A program made the position numbers and the translations under genes. A DNA stretch of 42,748 bases from Spirogloea muscicola (Eukaryota), in the NCBI GenBank assembly GCA_009602725.1, contig WELB01000028.1, positions 354,507-397,254 on the forward strand. Direction: 5' to 3'. How positions within the stretch are numbered: position 1 is the stretch's first letter; every line of letters begins with the position of its first letter. The notes under the pieces were generated by a model. That model was not told the DNA's origin. It saw only the letters and a program-made list of their open reading frames with translations, and did not search any database. Shown piece by piece: positions 25,310 to 36,394 of the stretch.

Positions 25310-28300
25310 CACGACCTGGAGGCGCGGGCGGCGGCGCGGGCGGCGGCGGCGGCGGGCGTGAGCGCCGTGGAGAGCGAGGCGTTCGCTTGGGAGGCCGGGC
25401 GCTGGGGCCTCCTGCCCGCCAACCTCCAGCTCCTGGCGCGCACCCGCGACCGCGAGCTCCTCGATGCCGCCCTCCACTACCTCGCCGGCGGCCACGGCGC
25501 CTGGCTGCCCAGCCCCGCCGCCGCCCTCGAGCGCACCGGCCTGCTCTGCGGGCCGGGCACGCCGCCGCTGTGTGACGCCGGTGGTGACAGCGATGGAGGC
25601 TTTGTGGGCGCCGGCAGCGACCGGTGCAGCCGCAGCTGCTCCCTGTCGTCGTCCTCCTCCGCTGGCCTCGCATTGGAGGACGGCTGCGGCGAGGTGGACG
25701 GCTCGGGAGGGCGGGCGACTGCTTTAGAGCCAGCACACGGCGGCAGCGGCGGAGGTGGCTGCGGTGATAGGGCCAGCGAGTGCCTCGCAACCACGAGCCT
25801 GGCGGGAGTGCACGATGGTGAGGGCCGCACGGCCTGCTCCATCAGCCAACTCAGTAACGACATCCTGTGAGCATCCAATGTGCCTTCTTGTCTATTAGAC
25901 TATCTTGTTGGCAGAACTGTTGGCAACTGGGTGTTGTACCGCCTTGCTGGGGGATTTGGTCATCAGCAGCTGCGCAGGCAGGCCTTGTATCAGGTGCACG
26001 TGCTGTCCCCCTGTGGAGGCGTGGGGAGTGCTTCTGTCATGGCCATGGCCTTATCCACATGTCGCACTAGAAGCAGGCTGCCAGACTCATGCGGGGCAGT
26101 TGCAGCTGATGAGATCGTGGAGCAAAGGATCTGCACTGTGTGGACAAATAGCCTGACATTGCTGTGCGGCTTTTGTGCTCGTGCACAGAGAGCGTATCCT
26201 GGCGAACCTGTCACGGCGGGAGCTGGTGGTGGCATCGGGCGTGTGCTCGCGGTGGCGCCATGTGGCCGACTCGGAGCCCCTCTGGCGGCATGTCGAGCTC
26301 GTGTCTGTCGCCGAGCGCATCAGCGACGCTGACATCGAGCTCCTCTGCCACACGCGACTGCGGGTACGCCAGTCAACCCTGGCCCTAGCTTGGTGTCGGC
26401 CAATTTGCCATCGTACACAAAGCAAGCACTCTGCAAGCACTCAGCATGGCCATACTTGGCTCAAGGCATGGTGGCAGTGAGTTGACGCCTCGTACTACTC
26501 CTCATGTTCTTGACAAGCTCTGATTGCTGGCCTCTGTGTAATGCAGCATACGCTGGTGCTGTCCATGTCACTGTGCCGTCGCGTCACGGAGACAGGGTTC
26601 ACGGCATTGGCGGGTGCCGGCTGCGGCGCCAAGCTTGTGTCGCTCGATGTCTCCTTCTGCGCCCTCAATGATCAATCAGTGAGTGGCACGGCGCAAGCTT
26701 GCTCAACCATGGCGTTTGTTGATGCGCTGGCTGTGCGGCATACCCGCCTTGGTTAAGTGAAAGCGCTGCCTGACGGCCCTGCTGCCGGCACCTTGCGGCT
26801 CCAGGTGGAGGCCATTGCGCGGCAGTGTACCAGTCTCCGGAGGCTGCGCCTGTTTGGCGCGCGCACAGCAGTCAGTGACCGTGCTATTGCGGGGCTCCGC
26901 AGCCTGCGCCTGCTGCAGGAGCTCGACCTCGGCCTCTGTTCCTGCCTCTCGTCACACACATTGTGAGCCCCCAGCACCTCGGCCGTCCCACACCGCACTA
27001 TGCCGCAATATTTGTTACAGAGTCTGACATAGCTTCCCTTGCGTTGCCATGCTTGTGGGCGTCGTCCTCATCATTGTTTGTGTCGGCAGGCGGGCGCTGG
27101 GGTCTGGCAGCCTGCCCCACCTGGTCGTGCTCTCCCTTGCCGGCTGCTCACGTGTCACGCCTCGCAACATCCTCAAGCTCCGGAACTGCCCGTCTCTGGA
27201 GGTCGGTCCCCTTCTCCCCCAGCTCCACGCCGCTGCACTCCAGCACTTAGCACCATGCAACCTACTGGCTGTGGGGAGTGAGCACCTCGTTGCAGCTGTG
27301 CACCTGACAATGCTATGGGTGTCCCTGTCTGTGAGCGCAGGCGCTCTGCCTGCGCGGCTGCCGGCACGTGGGTGTGCACATGGCCAGTCAGGTGGCAATG
27401 GACCTTATCCAGGGTGGCTGCACACGCCTGGCGCTGGTGGAGACAGGCAATGCGCTGCCCAATGCCGCACCCTTCCCTGCGCGTCCACCGCCGCCACCGC
27501 CCTCTCTTCTTCCCACCAAGCGGCGGCGCAGCAGTGACAGCGAGAACAGCCCTGGAGCCGGAGCCGGAGACAGCGCTCTGGGCGTGGCTGAGCGGCAATG
27601 CTCAAAACGACAACTCGTTGCTATTGGCAGCCCAACTGCTGCTGTGAAGACTGGAGATACTCCAGCAGGTGGCAGCAATCGAGTAGCGCAAGTAAAGGTG
27701 AGCTCTCCCTCAACCCGCCAACTTTCCTGAATCATTTTACTGAAAGGGAAGCTTTGGTTCGAATGTTTCTGACTTGACTCACTTTGGTGGCTCGTTGTTG
27801 AAGTGAGCTTATCATCTCTGAGCCTGAGTTTCATGTTCACCTCAAAATATGAAATTTCTCTAGCCTACGTAGCAATACCTCATTGGATAGTAGCCTTTGA
27901 AGTCGCAGCCAGCTGAGGTCTGCAAAATCTTTGTCCTGTAAATCAATCAAGGAGTCAGGTACTTTGCATGTGACCTTGACCATCTTCTGAATAGCCAGGA
28001 AACGTGTTTGCTTGACACGCTGCAAGCATGCGTCCATCAAGCAGGTCAGAGCCGAGGAGGCCCAGGTACAGGCAGACAGGGGTTGCCTGGGACAGACTTT
28101 GGCGGCTCCTTTGCTACTGGTCGACGCAGCAGGAGGCAGGCCAACAAGCGAGGATGAGGAGGAGGAGGAGACGACAGATTCAGCAGCGGCATTTGCTTTG
28201 GCCACCAAGAGCTTCCAGCAGGGCCAGGCGGCGCTGCGTGCTGGCGACACGGAGCGGGCGGCTGAGCTTTTCCGCGCCGCCTGCCAGGCACACCCCAGCG

Positions 28301-29365
28301 CCGCTGCCTACACCTTCCTCGGCTGGATGCAGCGCCTGGTGCGCAGTCACACCCCCGCTACATGCTTCCCATGCCGCGCTGGCAATTAGATCACTTGGCG
28401 TTCAGGACCAGGAGCGGCTAGCCCAGCAATGCTGTCGTCATGGGTCTCGCTTGCTGAACGGGCATTGACATATCATGGCACTCTGAACCCCGTGCAGGCG
28501 GGCGCTGAGAAGAGCGAGAGCGTTCGCGAATGCGCGCGGGCCATCTTCCTCGACAACGACTATGGTAACATCTGAAGCTGTGATGCATTTTGAACTGCTT
28601 CACTTTGATAGCCTGCAGCAGAGAAATGGAGGGCCATCGTTAGAGAAAGCTCACGATGCTTAGCAAGTACGGTCTTGCTGGCTTCCTCAATCAACTGAGC
28701 ATTGTCATTGCGTGCCTGTTGTGCTGCCAGGGAACCCGTGGAACGACGTTGCCTGCGAGCTCTGGGACGCTGGCAATGCCAGCTTGGCGGCTCGCTTTTT
28801 CCAGCGGTACGAGCGGCGCACTCTAATGTTCGGCCATGCGTGCTTGGAGTCTCTCCTTACTCGTAGTGGGCCCCTTGTGAGGCATTCATATAGCATGCAT
28901 CTGATACTTGCCTACTCCAATCACCTGCTGCCAGGGCCAAGGCGTGCTCGCGCTACGAGTCAGGATCAGGCCACTTTCCATACCTCAACCTTGCAAAGTT
29001 GCACCTTGCGGAGTGCGCGCGCAAGCTGCGGGAGGGTGGCCCCTCGGTTCACAAGTCAGTGCCGTCCAAGGAAGCCCTACTTGAGCTCTGTGCTGCACTC
29101 ATCCGAGCACCCGGAGGTGCGAAGGTTTCCCTACCATTGCTCTTCAGAGCAGGTTACAGGGCTGCGGTTGCGCATGCACTGCACCCGCATGCGCAGATTG
29201 CACGCAGTACATCTGCCTTTGAGCGAGCGGTCAAGACAATGATGAATGTAGGCTGCCTCCTTACTGTTGTCAATGCTGATGCAGTACTGCGTTCTGTGTG
29301 TACTATCTGCAGACGAGGAGCTCCAGAAGACGGTGTTTGACATGATCGAGGGCTCCTCCCCTTAG
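25309..29365 (+). CDS. F-box/LRR protein with probable C-terminal TPR module (5' end lost in the gap)
   Basis: F-box: ISQLSNDIL|ERILANLSRRELVVASGVCSRWRHVADSEPLWRHV. Cys-containing LRRs: LSMSLCRRVTETGF, LDVSFCALND, LDLGLCSCLS, LSLAGCSRVT, LCLRGCRHV. A phase-0 donor after 27697 and acceptor before 28045 join the TPR exons (AYTFLGWM, ECARAIFLDNDYG|NPWNDVA, HFPYLNLAKLH). Ends DMIEGSSP* at 29365. Confidence 0.75.
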
Positions 29366-29504
29366 CACCGACAAGCCAGCCACGTCAATATTGCATGGAG
29401 ACAAACTAACTGCTGCTAAGTCCTTGTACATCGGTCACTCCTTTTAGGATCTCTGTAGGGGCTCTACTGACTTCAGGATCTCTTGAGGGTCTACTGAATA
29501 TGTT

Positions 29505-29575
29505 TCCTCCTGTCATTTCTTTTTCTGGGCTGGCCAATCACAGCCATTGCCCTCTACTGGAAGAAGCTTTCTTCT
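29505..29575 (+). mobile_element. Solo retroelement 3' tail copy
   Basis: ctgtcatttctttttctgggctggccaatcacagccattgccc…agctttcttct. Confidence 0.7.
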
Positions 29576-30164
29576 CTCTCTCTGAACAAGCTTGCCTATC
29601 TGCTGCTCAGATCCTGGCTGCAGCCTCATTTCTTGCTTACTGATTCTTCTGATAAGCTCCGTGAAGTCGTACTGAACATGACATGCCCCTCACACCTTGT
29701 AGACATTCTTCTGTATTCCCTGCTCCCTTGGAAGATCAAGCTCCGACATATCCGTGTTTGTCATTCACAAGCTCAGTCAGGATTCAAAAGTCTCTCCACT
29801 ACATGCTGGGGCTTCCTGCTGCAAATTTGCAGGCCAAGCAAGGAGGCCAGCTTGACTATTTTAAGCCGTTAATAACGACCTACGATACACTGTGCATGTT
29901 ACATCTCAGATGGCCTTGTTCAGCTCCAGCCAGTACAGCCGCAGTGTAAAGACATTTGAGATAGCTTCCTAAGTCTAGAGAACTATAGGTCAAAAAGAGT
30001 AGTAGTAGGCCAGCTGCTGAAGACTCAGCAGCGTCTGGTTGAATGAGTACGCAGCATATTTTCACCAGAGTCTTCTCGCAAGCCCGGCTGCAGAGCAGTA
30101 GTACTGTGACAGTAGCAGAGACTTGCCAGCATCAGCAGTCAGAGGGAGCAAGAAGCAGGACCAG

Positions 30165-30533
30165 TCAGTCCTTGGGTGCTGTCCCGAAGGTCTTGGTGAA
30201 GGTCTTGGAGATGTCGGCGTAGAGCTCCACAATCTGCCAGAGGCCGTGGCCGACGGAGGTAGGGAGGTGCGCGCGTCAGTGCAAGGAGACATCCCGGGCA
30301 ATGGCAACAACAGTGCGCACTTCAGTGCAGGCTTGACATTGTTGATGGTGGGAGAAAGGGGTTAGCAGGTGTTCACCTTGATGACGTTCTGGTTGAGCTC
30401 GCGGATGAGGGGCACGTTGCGCGCGAGGCCGTCGGGGGCGCGCGCCTCGTGGTTGTGCCGGATCTCGGCGATGAGCAGCCGGTTGTGGTCCAGCAGCGCC
30501 TGCACGCGCCCGAAGCCCTCGAAGCCCGCCCAC

Positions 30534-30572
<39 letters not shown>

Positions 30573-30580
30573 GCCTCCAC
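30165..30580 (-). CDS. ELF4-like: ELF4-like (DUF1313) circadian protein, 2 coding exons; start codon unresolved
   Basis: AWAGFEGFGRVQALLDHNRLLIAEIRHNHEARAPDGLARNVPLIRELNQNVIK (exon ends 30377, gtgaac donor) | IVELYADISKTF…* (30165-30233). Confidence 0.85.
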
Positions 30581-30789
30581 TCGGCAGCGATACCGGCCTC
30601 GTCTCTCAGAGGCCGACGAGAGTCGACGGCGGCGGCAGCGGCGGCGTCAAAGTGGGGCCGCCTTGGTGGGGCGCCTCGAGGGGCCCGCGCCATAACGGAG
30701 GCCCCAACCGCCACACCGGCCAGGGACGTGAACGCGCTCGAGGACATCGCAGGCCGCCTGTTTCTGCCAGGTCTGCTCCCACCCATATG

Positions 30790-30985
30790 TCGAAATTTAG
30801 CTGGTGGCGCAAGGGCTCGTCAAATTGCCGTCCAATATTCGAGCATCAGTTTAGCGACCTCTACATGCTGACTCGTGGTTACTGAGCGGGTCAGCTTAGC
30901 AGCAGGTGATGTACATCTGCCGGTGTGCTTGCTCATGTACTTGGCCACTCAGGCCTTCCATCACTCAGTACACACACCAATCCAT
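30790..30985 (+). mobile_element. Subfamily A retroelement 3' end between two divergent genes
   Basis: ttagctggtggcgcaagggctcgtc…gcatcagtttagcgacctctacatgctgactcgtggttactga (SDLYMLTRGY*) gcgggtcagcttagcagcaggtgat…; aligns with 36197-36370. Confidence 0.85.
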
Positions 30986-30986
30986 A

Positions 30987-32595
30987 TGCTGCGCCACGGA
31001 CACCAGCGGAAGGCGAANCCAGCGGCCGGCGATGCCGGCGGTGAGCGGCGCCGCTCCCTGCCGTCGCCGCCGCCGCCGCCGCCGCCGCCGCCGGTCATTG
31101 CACGGGCGTCGAGCTCTTCGCCCGGCCTCGGCGGCGAGCCTGCTGACGGGCCCCTTCCCTCCCGCCACCCGCTGTGCCGCCGCAGAGGACGTTGTGGCGT
31201 CCATGTTCGTGAGCCAGCAGAGCCAGTTCCGGGCGTACCTCCGGGAGCTGGAGAGGGTGCGCGTGCCGCTGGACCCCGGCGACGACGCCGCGGTGCGCGA
31301 CTACGCCGCCTCCGTCAAGACCATCCGCAAGAAGTGAGCGCCGCGCCCGTCACCTGCCTTGCCTGCTGGCCCACGGCCTCCGGCGGCTGCCGGCTGTGAC
31401 GCCGCTGGCCGTTGCCGAGCTCTGATCCAACGGGACTGGCGATTGCTATCATGGATGGCTACCATGGTGGCCAGCTCCAGCTGGCTGGGCCCTCACGGTG
31501 TGGCGGCTCTGGCCGGCCAGCTGAGGAGCACGGTCCTGCCATCTGCGCAGGCTGGGCGTCCCGTCCTTCACGGAGAAGCTGGGGGACCTGCTCGACGCCG
31601 CCGCCGAGGAGGCCCCGGACGTCCGCACGTACATCAAGGAGGCAGCTCAGATCCGCAAGGAGTAGGCTGCGTCCCTCGCCCTTGCAAGCTTGGCCACAGG
31701 CCTGACTGGTGTGACGAGCTGTGGGCAGCTGGCTTGGTCCTGTCAGTCTTGACGGGGCCCCTCTGTAACCTCGCCAAGCAGGCTGGGCGTGGAGAACGAC
31801 CTCGGTGCGGAGGAGCCCACTCTCAAGGCACTCGCGGATGTCGAGAAGAAGCTGGGCAAGCCCCTGACGTTCGACGACGCCAAGGGCCTGAGCCTCTTTC
31901 AGGAGCAAATGCAGAAGATATACACCACGTAAGAAGTCGCAAACCCTTGCTGCCGCGCTTTTGCCTCTTGCTGCCACGTTTGTATGCAACCAGACTACTG
32001 GGCTACACCACTGTAGCAGCAACTGCCACCTTTTTGAGGAGTGGGGCAGTGTACAGAAGATGATATGCAGTGCCCAATAAAGTCTTGACTGTGAACTGCA
32101 TCACTGGCAAATGCCCTACATTCTCTGCTACTCTTATAGGCATCTGGCATGCTCCCATTACAAGAAAGACCAAGAAGTAGGTCAGGGAAGCTTGTGACCT
32201 CGCACAATTTGTTTACCAGGCTGGGTTTAACGGGATCGGACGAGGACTTGGAGGAAGAGACAGAGTTTGCGCTTGCCAAGGCTGAGATTGCCAAATTGCA
32301 CGATGAGGCGTTGGAGAAGATGGAGAGCCTCAAGCGCAGGTGCGAGGCAGGCTGCTGACATTGCCAGCTTACTTCCAGTGGTGCAGACAACTTGGTGGCT
32401 TGACTGGATTGCAGCTCCAAGGGATTACAATGTTGTTGACCATGACAATGCAGGGAAGTTTAAGCTTATCGTCTCCATTCAAGATTCTCTGTGCCGCATG
32501 CTGCTGACACTTCCTTTACACTGCTGCTAAGCAGGGACCACTTGGACGACATTAATGTTGACATCAAGAGCCTGGATCCACGTGCGTACCTCTGA
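30987..32595 (+). CDS. MGP1: Mitochondrial ATP synthase 24-kDa (FAd, plant-specific) subunit, multi-exon; 5' end uncertain (N at 31018)
   Basis: EDVVASMF…RVPLDPGDDAAVRDYAASVKTIRKK; APDVRTYIKEAAQIRK; ENDLGAE…ALADVEKKLGKPL…KGL; FALAKAEIAKLHDEALEKMESLKRR; VDIKSLDPRAYL*. These match the plant FAd subunit. Confidence 0.85.
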
Positions 32596-33463
32596 TTTGG
32601 TGGAGGCTGTCAGCACATTATCTGTTTCCAGCTCTGCCCTTGCAGAGGCAGGTCGCTGCTATGTCTTGTGGCGTAACCATTAAACGGCAAGTGGAAAGGG
32701 AGGCTGCTTGCTTGGTGTAGTTGCGCAAGCGTTTGCTATGTGGGTGCTACACAGTAGCTCCACCATCCAGTCTCAGAAGTGTTCACATAGCAGCCTCCCA
32801 TGTGCCCAAGGGAATGAGGCAACTGAAACGAGGCCTGCCCAAGCTGCCTTGTACCTGTAGGCTACGGTGGTTCTCGCTGCTTCTACCTGTGTGGCACTTC
32901 CCAAACAAATTGGGTGGTGCTGTTCGCGTGTGCTGCGTGTGAGACTTGCCACTCAAGAATCGTAGTAATCTACTCATGCCAGAGCAACAAAGTCACCCGT
33001 TATGACATGTCCCCACTTTACATGCGCTGCCATACTTGATGGCGGCAGGTTGGTCTAGCCTCTCTCAAGGATTCCGGCCGCCAGCTAATGGGCTTGTGAG
33101 AGCTCTGGCGGTTGGTCGCCGTTTAGTGCTTAGGGTACTGGGTTCTGCAGCTCTTGCTGTGCAAGGTGGCCGACATGGCTAAGATCAAAGCCGCTGCATA
33201 CTATACAGGGATGCATTCCTGACAACCATAGCATAGCTTACTACGTACTGAAATACCAAGCAGGCTCGAAAGCGAACTTGAAGGGTGGTCAAGGCCGGTT
33301 CACATATTGTGGACTCAGCTTCAGTGATCAAACTGCAACAGAGCCAGCAATTGATACTAGAGAGGATAAATGGTCTGTACAAGTGTGTTATGCACAGCAG
33401 ATGGGGCTCACAATGCTTACCGCACCCACTACTTTCTCTTATTGACAACCATGACCAGCACCC

Positions 33464-35333
33464 CTAGCGCAGGAGGCCAAGGATGATACGACTTGATGTC
33501 CAGATGGCCACAAGCGTCGCCCGGATCACAATGGGGTTCTTGTATATCCTGCGAGCACGTGGGCAACCAGACCATGGGGAGCGGGCAACCAGACCATGGG
33601 GACCAAGCAAGCCAGCTCACTAATATCATGCACTCGCCACTAGCTATGCTCTGCAGCTGAAGGCGATGATCAATTAAGCAACTCACCCGAATGCTGTCGT
33701 GGCCCAGTAGGCGGATGTGTACAAGAAGCGGCCCCAGTCCCAAAAGCGCCGGAGCGTGCTCTTGCGCCGCAACTCTGTGAATGCCTGTGCCATGGCTGCG
33801 GGCACAGGAAACGTGCAATGGCAAGCTCAAGAGTCTAGTCAGGCCAGATGCTGCCACTGCCAACAGGTGCTGCAATCCGGTCGCGACCTGTGGCTGGCAT
33901 GGTCCAAAGTCCAGCAAAGAGTGGGCACATACCAAAGGAATACCCAGGACTAGAGGGTCACACAGGAATGTCTCATGCAGCAACAATGTGCATAATTCAT
34001 GCAAGACTGCTCACGGCAGACCACAATCTGATTACTCACCATCCTGCAGCTCCTTTGGTTGCAAGTTCTGCGAGACACAAGGCTGGCCGCAGTCAGATGA
34101 GACAAGCAGCAATCATCATGCAATGTCAATATCGGAATGCCATTCACATCACCTCCCACTCGTGCTGCATGATGCTGCACCGTGCAAGTCGCACTCAGTG
34201 TGGCATAACAAGCTGTTCAGTGGGTGTCATGTGTGTCACCAGGTATGAACCTTGGTCTGGGGCAGCGTAGAGACGTAACGTGCGACGAAGTTGGCAATGG
34301 CGTCAATGACATCCTCTTTGTCCACGACGACATAGCTCTCGCCGCCCCACTCATCTGCGGCCTCCTTGCCAGCGAGGCCGTAAGAGTCGGCGTCCGTGAC
34401 CCACAGCCACCAGCTGGGATCATCGAGGTTGACGTTGACCTCGAACCCATCTGCATCAAGATCAGTGAGGCGAGGCAGTCAGGCCATCTCGTTCATCACA
34501 GCCACATACGACATGCGACGACAGCACAATGTCATGGCCGCTTGGATGCCTGCATGGCGGCCTGCATGAGATGGGGCGCTTGCCGAAGCCGAGCGCATGG
34601 GTCGAGCTCCGCAGACCCCTGTCGAGGACCCGCGTCGTCGCCTCGTCGGTGGCTGCCTGGGGCGGGGCCGAGGAGGACGACGAAGAGGACGAGGCCATTG
34701 AGGCCGCCGTCGAGGCCATCGAGGAGGCACCCCCTGGCCCGGGGGCCGGGGCGGATATGGAGGTGCTCCGCAGCTCCTGCAGCTTCGCGAGGAACTCGGG
34801 CGAGTCCACCCGCTGCTGCAGCCGCTCGAACACCTGCCGCCCGTTGCCGCGGGCGGGCGTGGCCATCAGCAGCGCAAGCGAGGCCGGCGGCCATGGCTCC
34901 GTCACGCCGAAAGAAGGCCATTGCCAGCCCTGCAGCCCGCACCGGCGACGCCGCCGGGCAACGGAAACGCCGCCACAGCCGCCGCCAGAGTCGCCAACAC
35001 GACGCCTTGCCCGGCAAGGGCCGCGCGAGCCTGGTAATGGACTCCTACAGACGGCTGCTGAAGGCGACGCGGGGACTCACTTCCCTGGTGCCGGAGTGGG
35101 AGTTCAGCGCGGGGCCGAGCCAAGCCGCGCCGCCTCCGCCGCCGCCGCCGCCGCCGGCGCGGAGGGCGTCAAGGGCGCCGCGGCAGTCGTCGAGCGCCTC
35201 CGCGATCTCCGCCGCGGCGGNTTTTTTTTTTTTTGCGGTCCAGCGCCGCCCACGCCGCCTCCGCGATCTCCGCCGCGGCGGCCGCCGCCTCCAGCGGCGA
35301 CGGCCCAGCGTGGCCAAGCATGGCGGCCGCCAT
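33464..35333 (-). CDS. Conserved green-plant protein of unknown function, multi-exon
   Basis: C-terminal exons read DPSWWLWV…ESYVVVDKEDVIDAIANFVARYVSTLPQTK | NLQPKELQD | …KSTLRRFWDWGRFLYTSAYWATTAFG | IYKNPIVIRATLVAIWTSSRIILGLLR*. This resembles a plant family with EDVVDGIAxFxAxY…YQNP. ATG at 35331-35333; the 5' part is interrupted by an N join. Confidence 0.75.
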
Positions 35334-35754
35334 GGACGCGCGCGCGCCCTGGAAATGGGCCTTCCTGATGCCCTAAAGCTCTTAAGCGCCCGCCCGGCTT
35401 TGCATAACCGCCGGTTACAGCCTCCCCGATCGGGACCTCTCACGCCGTAATGGCCTTCTGGCCGCACGGTCGCTTGCCCAGGTGTCCCGTATGGGCCTAT
35501 CCATTTCCCTTCCAACGGTCCCAGCCAGTGCACTTGCGGGCAGGCCGCGCTTTGGCTGCTACTTCTGGGTCATGTCGGGGTGCCTCTTTCCCAATGTACT
35601 GGCTTGAGCTGGCCATCCTACTCATTTCACGCCCACCGCGCGCGCCTTCCCTCTCTCGCTCTACCGCCCCGCCATCTTTTCTGCCACTGCTGTTGCCTCC
35701 CACTCCTACATCTCCTACAGGACGCCCTGGCGGACCTGATGCGCGACGCTACCG

Positions 35755-36375
35755 CGCCATTGTGGAAGTGAGCAATATAATGCCCATCACCACGGATTCC
35801 CAGGGACGCCACACCCTGGACATTGTGGGTGTACAACTTGGCGGAGGCCCACGAGCCTTGGTTGATGTGGTGGTGACGGAGGCATACAAGAGTTCCGCTT
35901 TGACGCACATTGCTGGTCACGCAGTGGGAGGTGCTGAGCCGAGAAATCGACACTACTCTGACTACCCCCGCAGCGATCACCTCCTACCGGCGGCAATTGA
36001 CACTTTCGGCTGCATGAGTCCTCGCTTCCATACCTTACTGGAGAATATTGCAAGTATGGGGTATACTCGACGTGAGGATATGCTTCCAGCTCAGATGGGC
36101 AAGCCGGCAGCCTACTTGTCATTCTTGCGACATCGAGTGTCTTCTTCTCTGCAGCGAGCTCAGGCTCATGCGTTGCATCAGAAAGCTAGTCGAGCCTTAG
36201 CTGGTAGCTCAAGAGCTTGTCGATCGCCGTCTATTATTTGGGCATCAGTTAGCAACCTCTATGTGCTGACCGTGGTTACTGAGCGGGTCAGCTTAGCAGC
36301 AGGTGACATACATTTAGTAATGTGCTTGCCTTCGTACTTGGCCACACGGGCCCTCCATCTCTTTATACAAACTCA
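35755..36375 (+). mobile_element. 5'-truncated RLE non-LTR retrotransposon (subfamily A): endonuclease domain + 3' UTR
   Basis: HTLDIV…ALVDVVVT…GHAV…RHYSDYP…LPAAIDTFGCMSP…RHRVSSSLQRAQAHAL is a restriction-like endonuclease C-terminus of CRE-type elements. No RT is present. Confidence 0.85.
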
Positions 36376-36394
36376 TTCCTCGTCTAGCAGCCCC

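Noticed and set aside
33561..33602. 22-bp tandem duplication gggcaaccagaccatgggga
   Set aside because: Two copies inside an intron; simple slippage
34224..35450. Long ORFs on the + strand (408 aa, 279 aa) and similar Arg/Pro/Ala-rich ORFs at 2530, 5151 and 24663
   Set aside because: Shadow frames of GC-rich exons and GCC repeats; they cross N joins and contain no recognisable domain beyond the retroelement ORF end at 24663
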